A DNA stretch of 64,000 nucleotides, taken from positions 7,155,849-7,219,848 of the forward strand of contig CM082597.2 in NCBI GenBank assembly GCA_040954595.2. Direction: 5' to 3'. Under the pieces are notes generated by a model that was not told the DNA's origin, did not search any database, and was given only the letters and a program-made list of their open reading frames with translations. Made by a program: the position numbers and the translations under genes. Of the stretch, positions 38,702 to 51,530 are shown one piece after another (position 1 is the stretch's first letter; each line of letters begins with the position of its first letter). This DNA is from Balanoglossus misakiensis (taxonomy: Eukaryota; Animalia; Hemichordata).

Positions 38702-40261
38702 TATAATCGAACTTGATCGCCAACCTTCAATAGCTACCCTGTTGATTTCTTAACGCGTTAAATAAAGTAATACAATTGTACACAACCGTAATAATACACT
38801 TTGCTTGGGAGTTTTTTTGTATATATTCTCATTTACCCTGGGCTCTGGTAAAAAATGACCAACGCGGCTCAAAGGTATAACATGTTGTCCCACATAACAG
38901 TACAGACGACCATTAATTTTTCTCATGGCACGTATGCACTGTGCATCTACTGCATCAAAAGCCATGCACATGCCCATTTATCTTAAATTGGCACTTGAGA
39001 GATTATTTACCATAAGAGCACGCGTTATTTAAGAGGACAAAGTCTCTCTCTCGCTGCCCCTTTTCCACCCCGCTTGTAAGATATGATAGTAAAAATATCG
39101 CCAAAATGAATAAATGGTAAAGACTAATTATTCATTTTGGTGAGTTTTTCACACTCGTGTCTACAATTAGGATGGATGGTGTGTGTGATCGAATGTTGAT
39201 TCACTATATATCCACATGTAGAATAGTATAAACAGTGTCTTGTATCAAACATAATTAATGGAAAAAGGGCAGCGAGAGAGACTTTGTCCCTTTAAGTTTT
39301 ATATCGCGAACATAACAGTCGAGGAGTTGAAAAGGGTGGGCGACTGTTTCGTGCTAAGATCTAACGATACAATATTGTTACACACGGGTTTCTAGAAAAA
39401 CATTGGCAAAGTGAGCTGTTGAAATTATACAAGAAACATGGAGACTTGCCAAAATTCACTGTTGTCGAGAAAAATGTCAGCCTGCTTCTCGTCTTATCAG
39501 AGTTCAGTGGTCAATACAAGTAAACGATTTTTTTCGTCGTCGGTGTATGTAAATGCCTAGTGTGGAGGAATGTATGTAGTCTTCGAGTAAATACTAGTGT
39601 TCTCAGTATCAATAAAAAATACCTATGTGTTGATATGACTTATCATTCTTCCTCTACAGACAAACAACGGTGACGTTAATCAAACAATGAGTCACATAAG
39701 TTTGATGATAAGTATCTAAACGATCACGCAATAAAGATATGCTATTCTCTTAGGCCGGTGGAGCACTGATTACTCAGGATGTTCCCACCCACAACAGCCG
39801 CGTTGGTCATTTATTAATATAGTACATTTTCCTCTGCTATAAACTGTTGACACGTAACGAAACTACAATGAGATAAGTAGAGCTCTGCTTTACATGTGAC
39901 CCTTTGTCAACTTGTTAGTAGAATATGGCAGGCTTAGAATATCGCTGGCAGATTACTGATCCTGTACAATGAATTCATTTGGAATTTTCACATTGTAAGT
40001 CGTTACCCTATTTTCCTCAGTTCTAAATGTCCTTAAAACGAAATAATTGCATCTACTGCCAGTACATTGCCCCAGACATATCTGAATTTATGCTCCTATT
40101 TTAGCTGTGTTCTACGATATATCGAAACTGTATTTCCAGTTTGCACCGACAGAGTGATAAGCAGGCTGACACCACTTTAAGACCACTTGAATGTACTCGA
40201 AGACTGTTTTGTTTATTGGGGTGACATATAAACATTCATGTGTTGACCTGGCAATGTCGTC

Positions 40262-42470
40262 ACCCACAAGATTTTCCGGTACCTATGAATGCCGGGTAAT
40301 ATGCACAGCAAAGGCGTTATCCATGCGCGTAATTGAAAGTAAACAAAAGCCAGCGATATTGGCGAATTTAAGTTACGGTTTTCTCATAAACTAGAAAATG
40401 ACTTAACTATTATGAGGATGGGAGGTGTCGACTGCATGTCAGACGAACGTTGTACAGTAATTTGTTGCTAAATATACATTTTTCAAAACATATTTTTTCA
40501 CTCTCAATTTAAGGTTGCTAAAATTCCTTAATTTGTAGCATACTCGACTTTCAACATGTGTGCTTTTAGGTTTAAAGACGGGATTGTCGATTTATGTGGA
40601 TTAAACTTATCTCAGTATGTAAATAAACGAAAATAACTTAAGATCAACTGGGTTCACTGAGCGCGCTTGTTGTCGGCAGAAATGTAGCCAATTTACGTTA
40701 GTCGGTATTGGGCAAAATCCGAATATTTTGTCAATTTTAGGGCAAAATCTTGGTCTTGGCGTCAACTCTGTGCAAAAAAAGCTGCAACTATCGTGTTCGG
40801 GAAGTAATGGACTGTCCCGGTAAACGGGTCCTACGATGCTGCCCGTTCCGTAGGAGTCCTCACCGCATGACCAAATAGAGAGTGCATTTTCCAGGGGATT
40901 TACAGGCCTCTCTTTGATATGTTGTACTTTTTGGTCTAAAAATCATATCGGCAATCTTGTATGAATAATACGCCCTTCTGATATTACCTTTCATTCCAAA
41001 ATAGTCAATTGTGCAGTCAAATGGTAAGATGTGCCCGTAGTATAATATAAATATGAGGAAAACGATAGAAAATGCTATTATTTTCGAGTCCATTTTATTC
41101 AATCGTATGAGCTATTAGGAGAGTGCAAACCCCTACACCCAGACATGGTTTACTCCAGGGATCTTTCAGCTTCAAAATGCAACTCTCTCGGTTTGCCGCC
41201 TACCCAGATTTTGTTTTGACACTCATGAGTTTGAGGACATGCATAGAAAACCATTGATTGACACACGCCGAATTTCGGTCATGTGAGCATTTAGCGCCGC
41301 ATTGTCCAATCCAGTTTTATTTTATTGAACGCAGCATGTCATTTGTCACTCCCCTTAAAGTTTTGCGTTGGCAGATATGCCCCCAATATGGTAAAAAATG
41401 GGCGTAAATATCAAGTATGGTGACATGGCGGGAAATTCTCACGTGTGCAGATCAACTCATTAATAATGTCATGTGATACCACAGAGCTGCGTCTATTGGT
41501 TGAAAGGCTGGCAGGTCATGCATAATGAGCGTCTGTCTACGGCAGATCATTTGCTCATTCATGTGAGGCAGACTAATACGGAAGTATCTCCTCGGTGTTC
41601 TTAGCTAATTGTACTTTAGTTCGGGTTGCATTTAGAGGTAAACGTCTGGAAATGCATGTTTTTAATCACAGATCAGTCGTAACTCTGCGTGTTTGGGCCG
41701 TGTTTTTTATCTGAGCCTCCAGAACCAGTCACAACAGGGTTCACAGCCGCTGTTGTATACGATCGATCGACAAGTACGCGCGGTTACAAAGTAGGCATTT
41801 TTGTCTAGGCTAGCTACTACTCAGCGTTTTTTTCTCTCTCCATTCGTTGGAAAGTTAATTAGTTTCGATAGATAATTGTATTGTTGTTATTATCTATGGT
41901 GTTCCATGTAAACCATTGAAGATAAAAATTACATGTTCTAACAATTCAGTATGTATGCATATGGTGGTTATTTGAGGAACGTATTCAAATCTGGTTCACA
42001 GTCATTTCTTTCATGTCATTGGCAAGATCACGCCAAATAGAAAAACAAAAAAAATTCAGATGTTCCAAGTATAACAGAAAGTGGGTCAGTGCGAGGACAA
42101 CAGTCCTTGAAATTGTGACACTTCGTGCCGCGTACTTCGTGTTGACATGAATATGGCGGAAGTGTAAATCATTTGTGTGGAGGGAAGGCAAAATTATGCG
42201 CATGCGCTGATATGGGTACATAGGTTGTCAGCATTCGCAAATCATTGCGAAAATAATAAGTTTGCACGTAAAGTTTCAAAAAAATATCAATTTATGATAG
42301 AAACTGCTCACGCGATGTAAAACAAATAATTGATCTTGACGCGTGAAAATTTGCCCCTACCCATGTAAAATGCTTTGTCGGACGATGACGAACATGCCAA
42401 TAACCCGATAACAGCCAATCAAATCACTGGTACCAGACACGCCCAAATCGAGGGGTTATCGTACAGACTG
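40262..42470. other. 2.2-kb non-cluster insertion joining the copy C upstream region to the copy E fragment (probable transposon remnant)
   Basis: Cluster homology stops after GCAATGTCGTC (40261) and resumes at ~42471. No convincing ORF, TIR pair or TSD found. Confidence 0.45.
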
Positions 42471-44461
42471 TATGTGTTATCGTCAACTATTTGATGTATA
42501 TTGTGAATAATATGGAAACCCCAATTTGTTGGTGTTATACTCTAATACTGTAGTACAGGCCTTCTGGCAGTAGAATCAGCATCTGTCTGTCTGTCTGTCT
42601 GTCTGTCTGCTTGTATGTCTGTCTGTCTGTCTCTCACTCTCTTCTGCCTCTCTCTGTCTCTCTCTGAATCTCTTTTCCATGAAAACGAGTTCAATAATAT
42701 GCGATTACCTGATTTCTTACCTGCACACGAGACTGGATATACGAATACAATAATGGCGACAAATGTAGGTGCACTGATAAATCGTGTTTCCTTCATTATA
42801 ATCGAACTTGATCACCAACCTTCAATAGCTACCCTGTTGATTTAATACCGCGTAAAATAAAGTAATAAAATTGTACACAACCGTAATAATACTCTTTGCT
42901 TGGGAGTTTTTTGTATATATTCTCATTTACCCTGGGCTCTGGTAAAAAATGACCAACGCGGCTCAAAGGTATAAAATGTTGTCCCACACAACAGTACAGA
43001 CGACCATTAATGTTTCTCATGGCACGTATTCACTGTGCATCTACTGCACCAAAAGCCATGCACATGTTGATTAATCTTAAATTGGCACTTGAGAGATTAT
43101 TCACCATAAGAGCACGCGTATATCGCTAACATAACAGTCGAGGAGTTGAAAAGGGTGGGCGACTGTTTCGTGCTAAGATCTAACGATACAATATTGTTAC
43201 ACACGGGTTTCTAGAAAAACATTGGAAAAGTGAGCTGTTGAAATTATACAAGAAACATGAAGACTTACCAAAATTCACTGTTGTCGAGAAAATTGTTAGC
43301 CTGCTTCTCGTCTTATCAGAGTTCAGTGGTCAATACATGTAAACGATTTTTTCGTCGTCGTCGGTGTATGTAAATGCAGAGTGTGGAGGAATGTATGTAG
43401 TCTTTGAGTAAATACTAGTATTCTCAGTATCAATAAAAATACCTATGTGTTGATATGACTTATCATTCTTCCTCTACAGACAAACAACGGTGACGTTAAT
43501 CAAACAATGAGTCACATAAGTTTTGATGTTAGGTCTCTAAACGATCACGCAATAACGATATGCTATTCTCTTAGGCCGGTGGAGCACTGATTACTCAGGA
43601 CGTTCCCACCCACAACAGCCGCGTTGGTCATTTATTAACATAGTACATTTTCCTCTGCTATAAACTGTTGAAACGTAACGAAACTACCATCAGATAAGTA
43701 GAGCTCTGCTTTACATGTGACCCTTTGTCAACCTGTTAGTAGAATATGGCAGGCTTAGAATATCGCTGGCAGATTACTGATCCTGTACAATGAATTCATT
43801 TGGAATTTTCACATTGTAAGTCATTACCATATTTTCCCCAGTTCTATATCTCCTTCAAACAAAATAATTGCATCTACTGCCAGTACATTGCCCCAGACAT
43901 ATCTTAATTGATGCTCCTATTTTAGCCGTGTTCTACGATATATCGAAACTATATTTCCAGTTTGCACCGACAGATTGATAAGCCGACTGGCACCACTTTA
44001 AGACCACGTGAGTGTACTTGAAGACTGTTTTGTTTGTTGGGGTGACTATAAACATTCCTGTGTTGACCTGGCAATTTCGTCTGCTTATAAGTTGAGATTC
44101 AAACTGAAAGTGAGGAGTTATAATGAAATATTTCCTTATTTGCAAAAGTCTGTCCGAGAGTTTAGTTCTCGAGAAGCTATTTCTAATGCTAACATGTGGG
44201 TTTCTCAAGAAAAGATAAAATATAATGGTCATCTATTTAAATGACGCATATATGCTTAGTATAACCCCGCCAGTGGGATTGCGAGGGCGTTCAATGTATT
44301 GTAACGGAAACTATGTTGGACTGAGGTCCCAAAATTGTACAGCCTTAGTGAATGACGTACCTTGGACCAAAAAGCCAACTCAACGGTAGCGTAAACGTAG
44401 CACGATCGAACCTTGACGCCGTAGACCAGTCCGTTACAAGTCCTGTTTCGATATACCTTAC
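42471..44461 (-). pseudogene. Orphan 5' fragment (copy E): upstream region, intact leader exon and part of intron 1, with no gene body
   Basis: Leader exon 42721-42796 ([26 protein letters not shown]|gtaag) plus ~1.7 kb of upstream sequence homologous to the other copies. Intron 1 homology stops at ~42471, short of the IgV acceptor. Confidence 0.8.
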
Positions 44462-46095
44462 GGGCTTACACTAATTTGCAGAACGGAAGGGAAGGAAACG
44501 GAATAGCCACACGAAATAAAAAAAATAGTTTCTCCAAATCCAAAATATTTGTCCACGTTTTGCTTTTGTCGCACCCACCAGATTTTCGAGCGGAATGGAA
44601 AGAAATTTCAGATCGAAAGCAGAACTTCAGTATGCATATTATTTTTCGAAATTTTTACTGTTCTTGCAAGATAAAAATCGTGTATTCTACTACAGAAAAT
44701 GAGGCTGATTTCCAATTTGAAACCACATTTGAGTCCAAATCTTACCTCGCATATTGCACTTGATAGAGGACGCTATAGGTACCATGACGTACAGTCAATG
44801 TGTCAATTAATTGCCGTTTCCTCTGGCGGGAAGATGAAACTTTGGCGGTAACAATTTCTCACCTCTAAAATTGATTCATTGCAACTGCCTTGTTGACTGC
44901 CTATCCATGTGATGCTACTGACGTCGACTGTTTCTGATGGCGAACCCAAAGGGCAAGGATCGATCGTCAGGTGGCGCGCTGGCGAGTCACAGCGATGGAC
45001 TGCCCCCCCCCCCCCCCCATCCATTGCCCTTCAATGTCATAGGAGCATGAATTTATATCAGGTGCGATATGTGGGGCAAGATTAGGGCTCGGATATGGTG
45101 TCAAAGTTGAATCGTACCATCGATTCCCGTAGTCTTATACACGATTTTCGTCTTGGAAAAACAGAAAACTACAACTATCGATATTACTACCCGAGTACAC
45201 GGGTTAACACTCCGGCAGCGGACTCTGACCCTCACTCGCTAATGTTGTGCGAGGTCTCATCAGCATATTACCGTAATGGCAGTCACTTCCAGTGTATAGT
45301 ACTCCTTGGAAAATCGACTGAAATACGTAAACAGACCAGTCAGGGTTTCCTCTTGGTTTTTGAATCCAGATTTAACTTCATTAGTAAATTTGAAAAAAAA
45401 ACATTAGTCAATTTTATTTAGGTAGAATCATAAAATAAATACACGCATCATTTGCTTACCCGGTTTGTTTTACATGACTGTTCTGTTCATTGATCATTGC
45501 CCCCCCCCCCCCCGTCAATGGCAAGAATTGTGGACGCTAGATCTGCCCGCAGAGTTGTGCGTTTCTTTATTTGTAACTTAGACAGTGATTTGTAATGTGG
45601 GGAATAAACGCGGTAGGTTTTCGAGGTACGCAGTACCCTCGTGGAATCCGACATCAACCACATACCGAATAACACGTATATGTCTTTATGGTTAAATGAT
45701 CGGAGTTTAGTTTAGATCATGGCACTATACACTTTAAAGTGAACACTACAGAATTATTTTATTTCCATGGACTTTGACAAAAGTCACACTGTCAAAAAGA
45801 TACACTAAATTTCTCCACGCATAGCCCGCTGTCGGACATAACCACGCTTTTCCCACTTTAAATAATTGAAATTGAATGAAAACGTTGATTCTAGACTGGA
45901 AATGCCGTCACTTGAGGGCGCTCACTTGAGCGACGGATTTTCTAGTTTAGTATAGTCCCACTCTGATAAAATAATGTACAAGGCCCGTACATTTATTTTG
46001 GGCTTTACACATTTAGAACCTTTAAGATTTCTCAAATAATGAATTTATAAATCTTTATATGTGTCATATGTTTCGCAAGGCTTCTCAAATATATA

Positions 46096-46747
46096 TGTCA
46101 TTACTGTCACGGAATTGCTAGGTCAATGCCGCACACAAGACTCATATTTCATGATATGCGACTATTCCCTGAATCTTAGACTGAGACACCCTATAGCGGG
46201 AGAAACTGTCAATTTTCCACGACTGGGGCGGAGCTTGTATCACGTGGGCTTGTTGCATGTATAGTGACTCCCCTCGACATCGGACCAAAGGGAGTCGACA
46301 CATGGCGGTAGAACTGAGAGCATCGTGCTCTCGGTTGTGGTGATTTGATTTCGTACTTTACCTCTATCTTTCTTATATTTTCGTTCAAACCTTTCTCTAC
46401 GTTTGTGGGAACATTTTGTCTGTAATCTCTGAGAGGTTTAGTTCTCTACGGATCGTAATTCCGAGGTTTTTCTTGGTATTTGTGTGAGCGCAACACTCAG
46501 GTCGTTCGGCAATTCATACTGCATTTTTCCTGCACATCTCTTAACGCACGTCCTGCAGTGCGCAATGTATATCGAAACAGGACTTGTAACGGACCGGTCT
46601 ATGCCGTCAAGGTTCGATCGTGCTACGTTTACGCTACTGTTGAGTTGGCTGTTTGGTCCAAAATTCATCATTCACTAAGGCTTGGCAAATTTGGGATCTC
46701 ATCCGACATAGTTTCCGTTACAATACATTGAACGCCCTCGCAATCCC
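46096..46747 (+). repeat. Inverted copy of the cluster intergenic spacer, marking the start of the inverted D unit
   Basis: Reverse complement of ~6980-7635 and ~25580-26185 (e.g. tgtcattactgtcacggaattgctaggtcaatgccgcacacaaga). Confidence 0.85.
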
Positions 46748-49724
46748 TACGGCGCGCCAAGTGTTTCAAAATTATTTATCATTATTTTATAGAAAATTGA
46801 TGTCTTTTAACAAAAAAAATACGTAAAAAACACAAAAAACTGATTGGTGGTTTAAAAAACAACGAGTGTAAAAAGTAATCCATCGTGGAGTCAAAAACAA
46901 AAACAAAACAAAACAAAAAAACAAAACTAACACACACAGAAGAAAATCTCACCTGTTGTAAAAAAAACACCAAGCTTACAAAAAAAACGTTCACAAGGCA
47001 GTTGCAAAAAAAAATCACTTATTTGTCACAAAAAAACCACGCGCACATTTTTCACGAAAAACGCACACTTCACCCCCACAAAAAATACACACAAAGTATT
47101 AAAAAGAACACTCTTTGAAAAAAAGAGAGACTACAGCTTTAAAAAATGCACACCCCCAGAACAAACAACACAGGCAAACATAGAAAAAACACGAACATGT
47201 TAGCCATAAAAAACGGAGATATTTGTCACCGAAAAAAACCCGCACTCATGTCACCCCAAAACTAACGGGCTGCTTTAAAAAACGCAGATGCACTGATGTT
47301 GCAAAAATAAGCACATTTTAATCCCCCGAAAAAAAACAGGCAATTTGAAAAAAAACGCACAGCAATTTGCAAAAAAAAAAAAAAAATAGGAACATTTGTC
47401 ACCCAAAAAAACAGGCAATTTGAAAAAAAAAACGCAGAGCAATTTGCAAAATAAAAAAAAAAAATTGGAACATTTGTCACCCAAAAAAACCCACAGCAAT
47501 TTGCAAAAAAAAAATATATAGGAACATTTGTCACCCCAAAAAACAGGCAATTTGAAAAAAAAAGCAGAGCAATTTGCAAAAAAAAATAATAGGAACATTT
47601 GTCACCCAAAAAAAACAAACAGGCAATTTGGAAAAAAACGCAGAGCAATTTGCACAAAAAAAAATAATAGGAACATTTGTCACCCAAAAAAACAGGCAAT
47701 TTGAAAAAAAAACGCAGAGCAATTTGCAAAAAAAAAAAATAATAGGAACATTTGTCACCCAAAAAACAGGCAATTTGAAAAAAAAAACACGATATAAAAT
47801 TTGAAAAAAAAATATATAGGCACATTTGTCACCCAAAATATTCAGGCAGATCCAAGTTGTAAAAAATGGTATATTTGTCATCCAAAAAATAAAACAATCG
47901 TGTTTAAAAAAACGAGCATTCAGTTGTAAAAATAAATAATAGTCTTTAACAACTTGAAAAAAAAACCGGACGCATTTGAAATAATAGCGTATGCGCATGC
48001 GCCGAAAAAAAAATGAGTGAGAAATGCGCTCCAAAAAAAAAAAAGTGAGAGATTTTGCTAGAGGAGTCTGGGTAATCTTAAAAAAAAACAGTGTGTGAAA
48101 ATAAGTTGACTCGAAGAAGAGAAAAGAAAGGGGAAACACACAAACCGTCACACAGGACAAACAACAGTCTCCTCATCGCCTAGACGTACGCGTGATGATA
48201 TGACAAGTGTTTACGTCTGTGAGGTGGTGTGTATCACTGTATGTGTCGGATAGAACGCGAGTCGACTAGAATCCGAGTCGACTGAAGGTTACTGTGGTGG
48301 ACGCGAATATATGGTCGCCATTGTGGGATTCCTTCGTGAAGGAAGTGAAGCCACTTGTTCGGGACCACATAAACATGATACCGTCATGATACCACACAGT
48401 CAAACATGACACCACTGGCACTACGTCCGCGGTTTGCTATTCTAGATTTGGTCTACAGAAATCGTGAAATTTGGAGCGCATTTCTCACTCATTTTTTTTT
48501 CGGCGCATGCGCATACGCTATTCTTTCAAATGCGTCCGTTTTTTTTTCAAGTTGTTAAAGACTATTATTAATTTTTACAACTGAATGCTCGTTTTTTTAA
48601 ACACGATTGTTTTATTTTTTGGATGACAAATATACCATTTTTTACAACTTGGATCTGCCTGAATATTTTGGGTGACAAATGTGCCTATATATTTTTTTTT
48701 TCAAATTTTATATCGTGTTTTTTTTTTCAAATTGCCTGTTTTTTTGGGTGACAAATTTTCCTATATATATTTTTTTTTTTGCAAATTGCTCTGCGTTTTT
48801 TTTTTTTCAAATTGCCTGTTTTTTTGGGGTGACAAATGTTCCTATTATTTTTTTGTGCAAATTGCTCTGCGTTTTTTTTTTTTCAAATTGCCTGTTTTTT
48901 TCGGTGACAAATGTTCCTATTATTTTTTTTTTTGCAAATTGCTCTGCGTTTTTTTTTTCAAATTGCCTGGTTTTTTTTGGGTGACAAATGTTCCTATTTT
49001 TTTTTTTTGTGTGCAAATTGCTCTGCGTTTTTTTTTCAAATTGCCTGTTTTTTTGGGTGACAAATGTTCCTATATATATTTTGTTTTGCAAATTGCTTTT
49101 TTTTTTTTTTGCAAATTGCCTGGGTTTTTTTCGGGGGATTACAAATGTGCTTATTTTTGCAACCTCAGTGCATCTGCGTTTTTTAAAGCGGTCCGTTAGT
49201 TTTAGGGTGACATGAGTGCGGGTTTTTTTTTCGGTGACAAATATCTCCGTTTTTTATGGCTAACATGTTCGTGTTTTTTCTATGTTTGCCTGTGTTGTTT
49301 GTTCTGGGGGGTGTGCATTTTTTACAAGTTGTAGTCTCTCCTTTTTTCAAAGAGTGTTCTTTTTAATACTTTGTGTGTATTTTTTGTGGGGATGAAGTGT
49401 GCGTTTTTCGTGAAAAATGTGCGCGTAGTTTTTTTGTGACAAATAAGTGATTTTTTTTTTCAACTGCCTTGTGGGCGTATTTTTTGGTGAGCTTGGTGTT
49501 TTTTTTTTTACAATAGGTGAGATTTTCTTCTGTGTGTGTTAGTGTTTTTTTATTGTTTTTTTTTTTTGTTTTCTTTTTTTGACTCCACGATGGATTACTT
49601 TTTACACTCGTTGTTTTTTAAACCACCAATCAGTTTTTTGTGTTTTTACGTATTTTTTTTGTTAAAAGACATCAATTTTCTATAAAATAATGATAAATAA
49701 TTTTGAAACACTTGGCGCGCCGTA
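46748..49724. mobile_element. Foldback-type DNA element with ~1.3-kb terminal inverted repeats and 7-bp TSD
   Basis: TACGGCGCGCCAAG...CTTGGCGCGCCGTA; arms ~46748-48035 and ~48468-49724, each with ~70-80-bp A-tract subrepeats. CAATCCC is duplicated at 46741-46747 and 49725-49731; the empty site is visible in copy E (~44270-44285). Confidence 0.9.
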
Positions 49725-50090
49725 CAATCCCACTGGCGGGGTTATACTAAGCATATATGCCTCATTTAAATGGATGACTATTTCCTATTTTATTTTCTCT
49801 TTTCTTGAGAAACCCACATGTTAGCATTAGAAATAGCTTCTCGAGAATTAAACTCTCGGACAGACTTTTGCAAAATAGGAAATATTTCATTATAACTTCT
49901 CACTTTCAGTTTGAATCTCAACTCATAAGCAGACGACATTGCCAGGTCAACTCAGGAATGTTTATATGTCACCCCAATAAACAAAACAGTCTTCGAGTAC
50001 ATTCACGTGGTCTTAAAGTGGTGCTAGCCTGCTTATCACTCTCTCGGTGCTAACTGGAAATACTGTTTCGATATATTGTTAGAACACAGC

Positions 50091-50322
50091 TAGACTAGCC
50101 CACTAATCGCTTGGTGATTTTTAAATCTCAACACTTGTTGTGTTTTCGGTGTTTCTTTGTCTTAATAAATAATTTCAATACTTTTTTGCGTGCATGCTTG
50201 CCTTCAGCGTGTTTTTGGTAGTGAGGTGAGTTTCGAATTTGCGACTGAGCTTGTGGTTTCGGGTAGCGTGGGTCTACGCGTTCCCTACACATAATGAAGC
50301 CCATAGACTTGGAGCAAGTCTA
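50091..50322. mobile_element. Short TAG-terminal element with 9-bp TSD (Academ-like) upstream of copy D
   Basis: TAGACT...AGTCTA flanked by GAACACAGC on both sides; absent from homologous upstream regions of C and E. Confidence 0.7.
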
Positions 50323-51530
50323 GAACACAGCTAAAATAGGAGCATAAATTAAGATATGTCTGGGACAATGTACTGGCAGTAGATGCAATTATTTTGTTTG
50401 AAGGAGATATATAACTGGGGAAAATAGGGTAATGACTTACAATGTGAAAATTCCAAATGAATTCATTGTACAGGATCAGTAATCTGCCAGCGATATTCTA
50501 AGCCTGCCATATTCTACTAACAAGTTGACAAAGGGTCACATGTAAAGCAGAGCTCTACTTATATGATTGTAGTTTCGTTACGTGTCAACAGTTTATATAT
50601 CAGATCGGAAAACAATATTAATAAATGACCAACGCGGCTAGTGTTGGTGGGAACGTCCTGAGTAATCAGTGCTCCACTGGCCTAAGAGAATAGCATATCT
50701 TTATTGCGTTATTGTTTAGATACCTAACATCAAAACAGAATACAGTTTGAAAGCCAACATATTAAGGCCTACACAGTGTGAGGGCTGTTGTTTTTGGCAT
50801 TCCTTTAGTTTAGTTGAACTTTATTGGATTTGTGGCAATCAAAACTCGTTTTATGTGACTCATTGTTTGATTAAGGTCGCCGTTGTTTCTGTTTGTAGAG
50901 GAAAAATGATAAGCGATATCAACACATAGGTATTTTTATTGCTACTGACATTCCTCCACACTCTGTCTAAATCTGCAAAGAGCATATTCATTTACATGCT
51001 AACAGTTTCCGTGAAAGCAGTGAAATTTTGGTGAGTCTCCATGTTTCTTGTACAATTTCAACAGCTCACTGTGCCAATGCAATACGATTTTCCATTCCTG
51101 ATTTTTTCTAGAAACCCGCGTGTAACAATATTGTCTCGTTAGATCTTAGCACGAAGCAGTCGCCCACCCGTTTCAACTCCTCGACTGTTATGTTCGCGAT
51201 ATAAAAACCCCGCGTGCTCTTATGGTGAATAATATCTCAAGTGCCAATTTAAGATTAATCAACATGTGCATGGCTTTTGGTGCAGTAGATGCACAGTGCA
51301 TACGTGCCATGAGAAACATTAATGGTCGTCTGTACTGTTAGGTGAGACAACATTTTATACCTTTGACCAGCGGAGGGCATTTTTTCCAGAGCCCAGGGTA
51401 AATGAGAATATATACACAAACTCACAACTAAAGTGCATTATTACGGTTGTGTACAATTGTATTACTTTATTTTACGCGTTATGAAATCAACAGGGTAGCT
51501 ATTGAAGGTTGGCGATCAAGTTCGATTATA

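Noticed and set aside
44462-46095. Gene or RNA in the unique spacer at the inversion centre
   Set aside because: Only short ORFs with no recognisable motif and two poly-C runs; nothing supportable.
47262-49215. Phe/Cys-rich repetitive ORFs and a CRISPR-like periodic pattern
   Set aside because: A-tract subrepeats of the foldback TIRs; no unique spacers, no cas genes, eukaryotic context.
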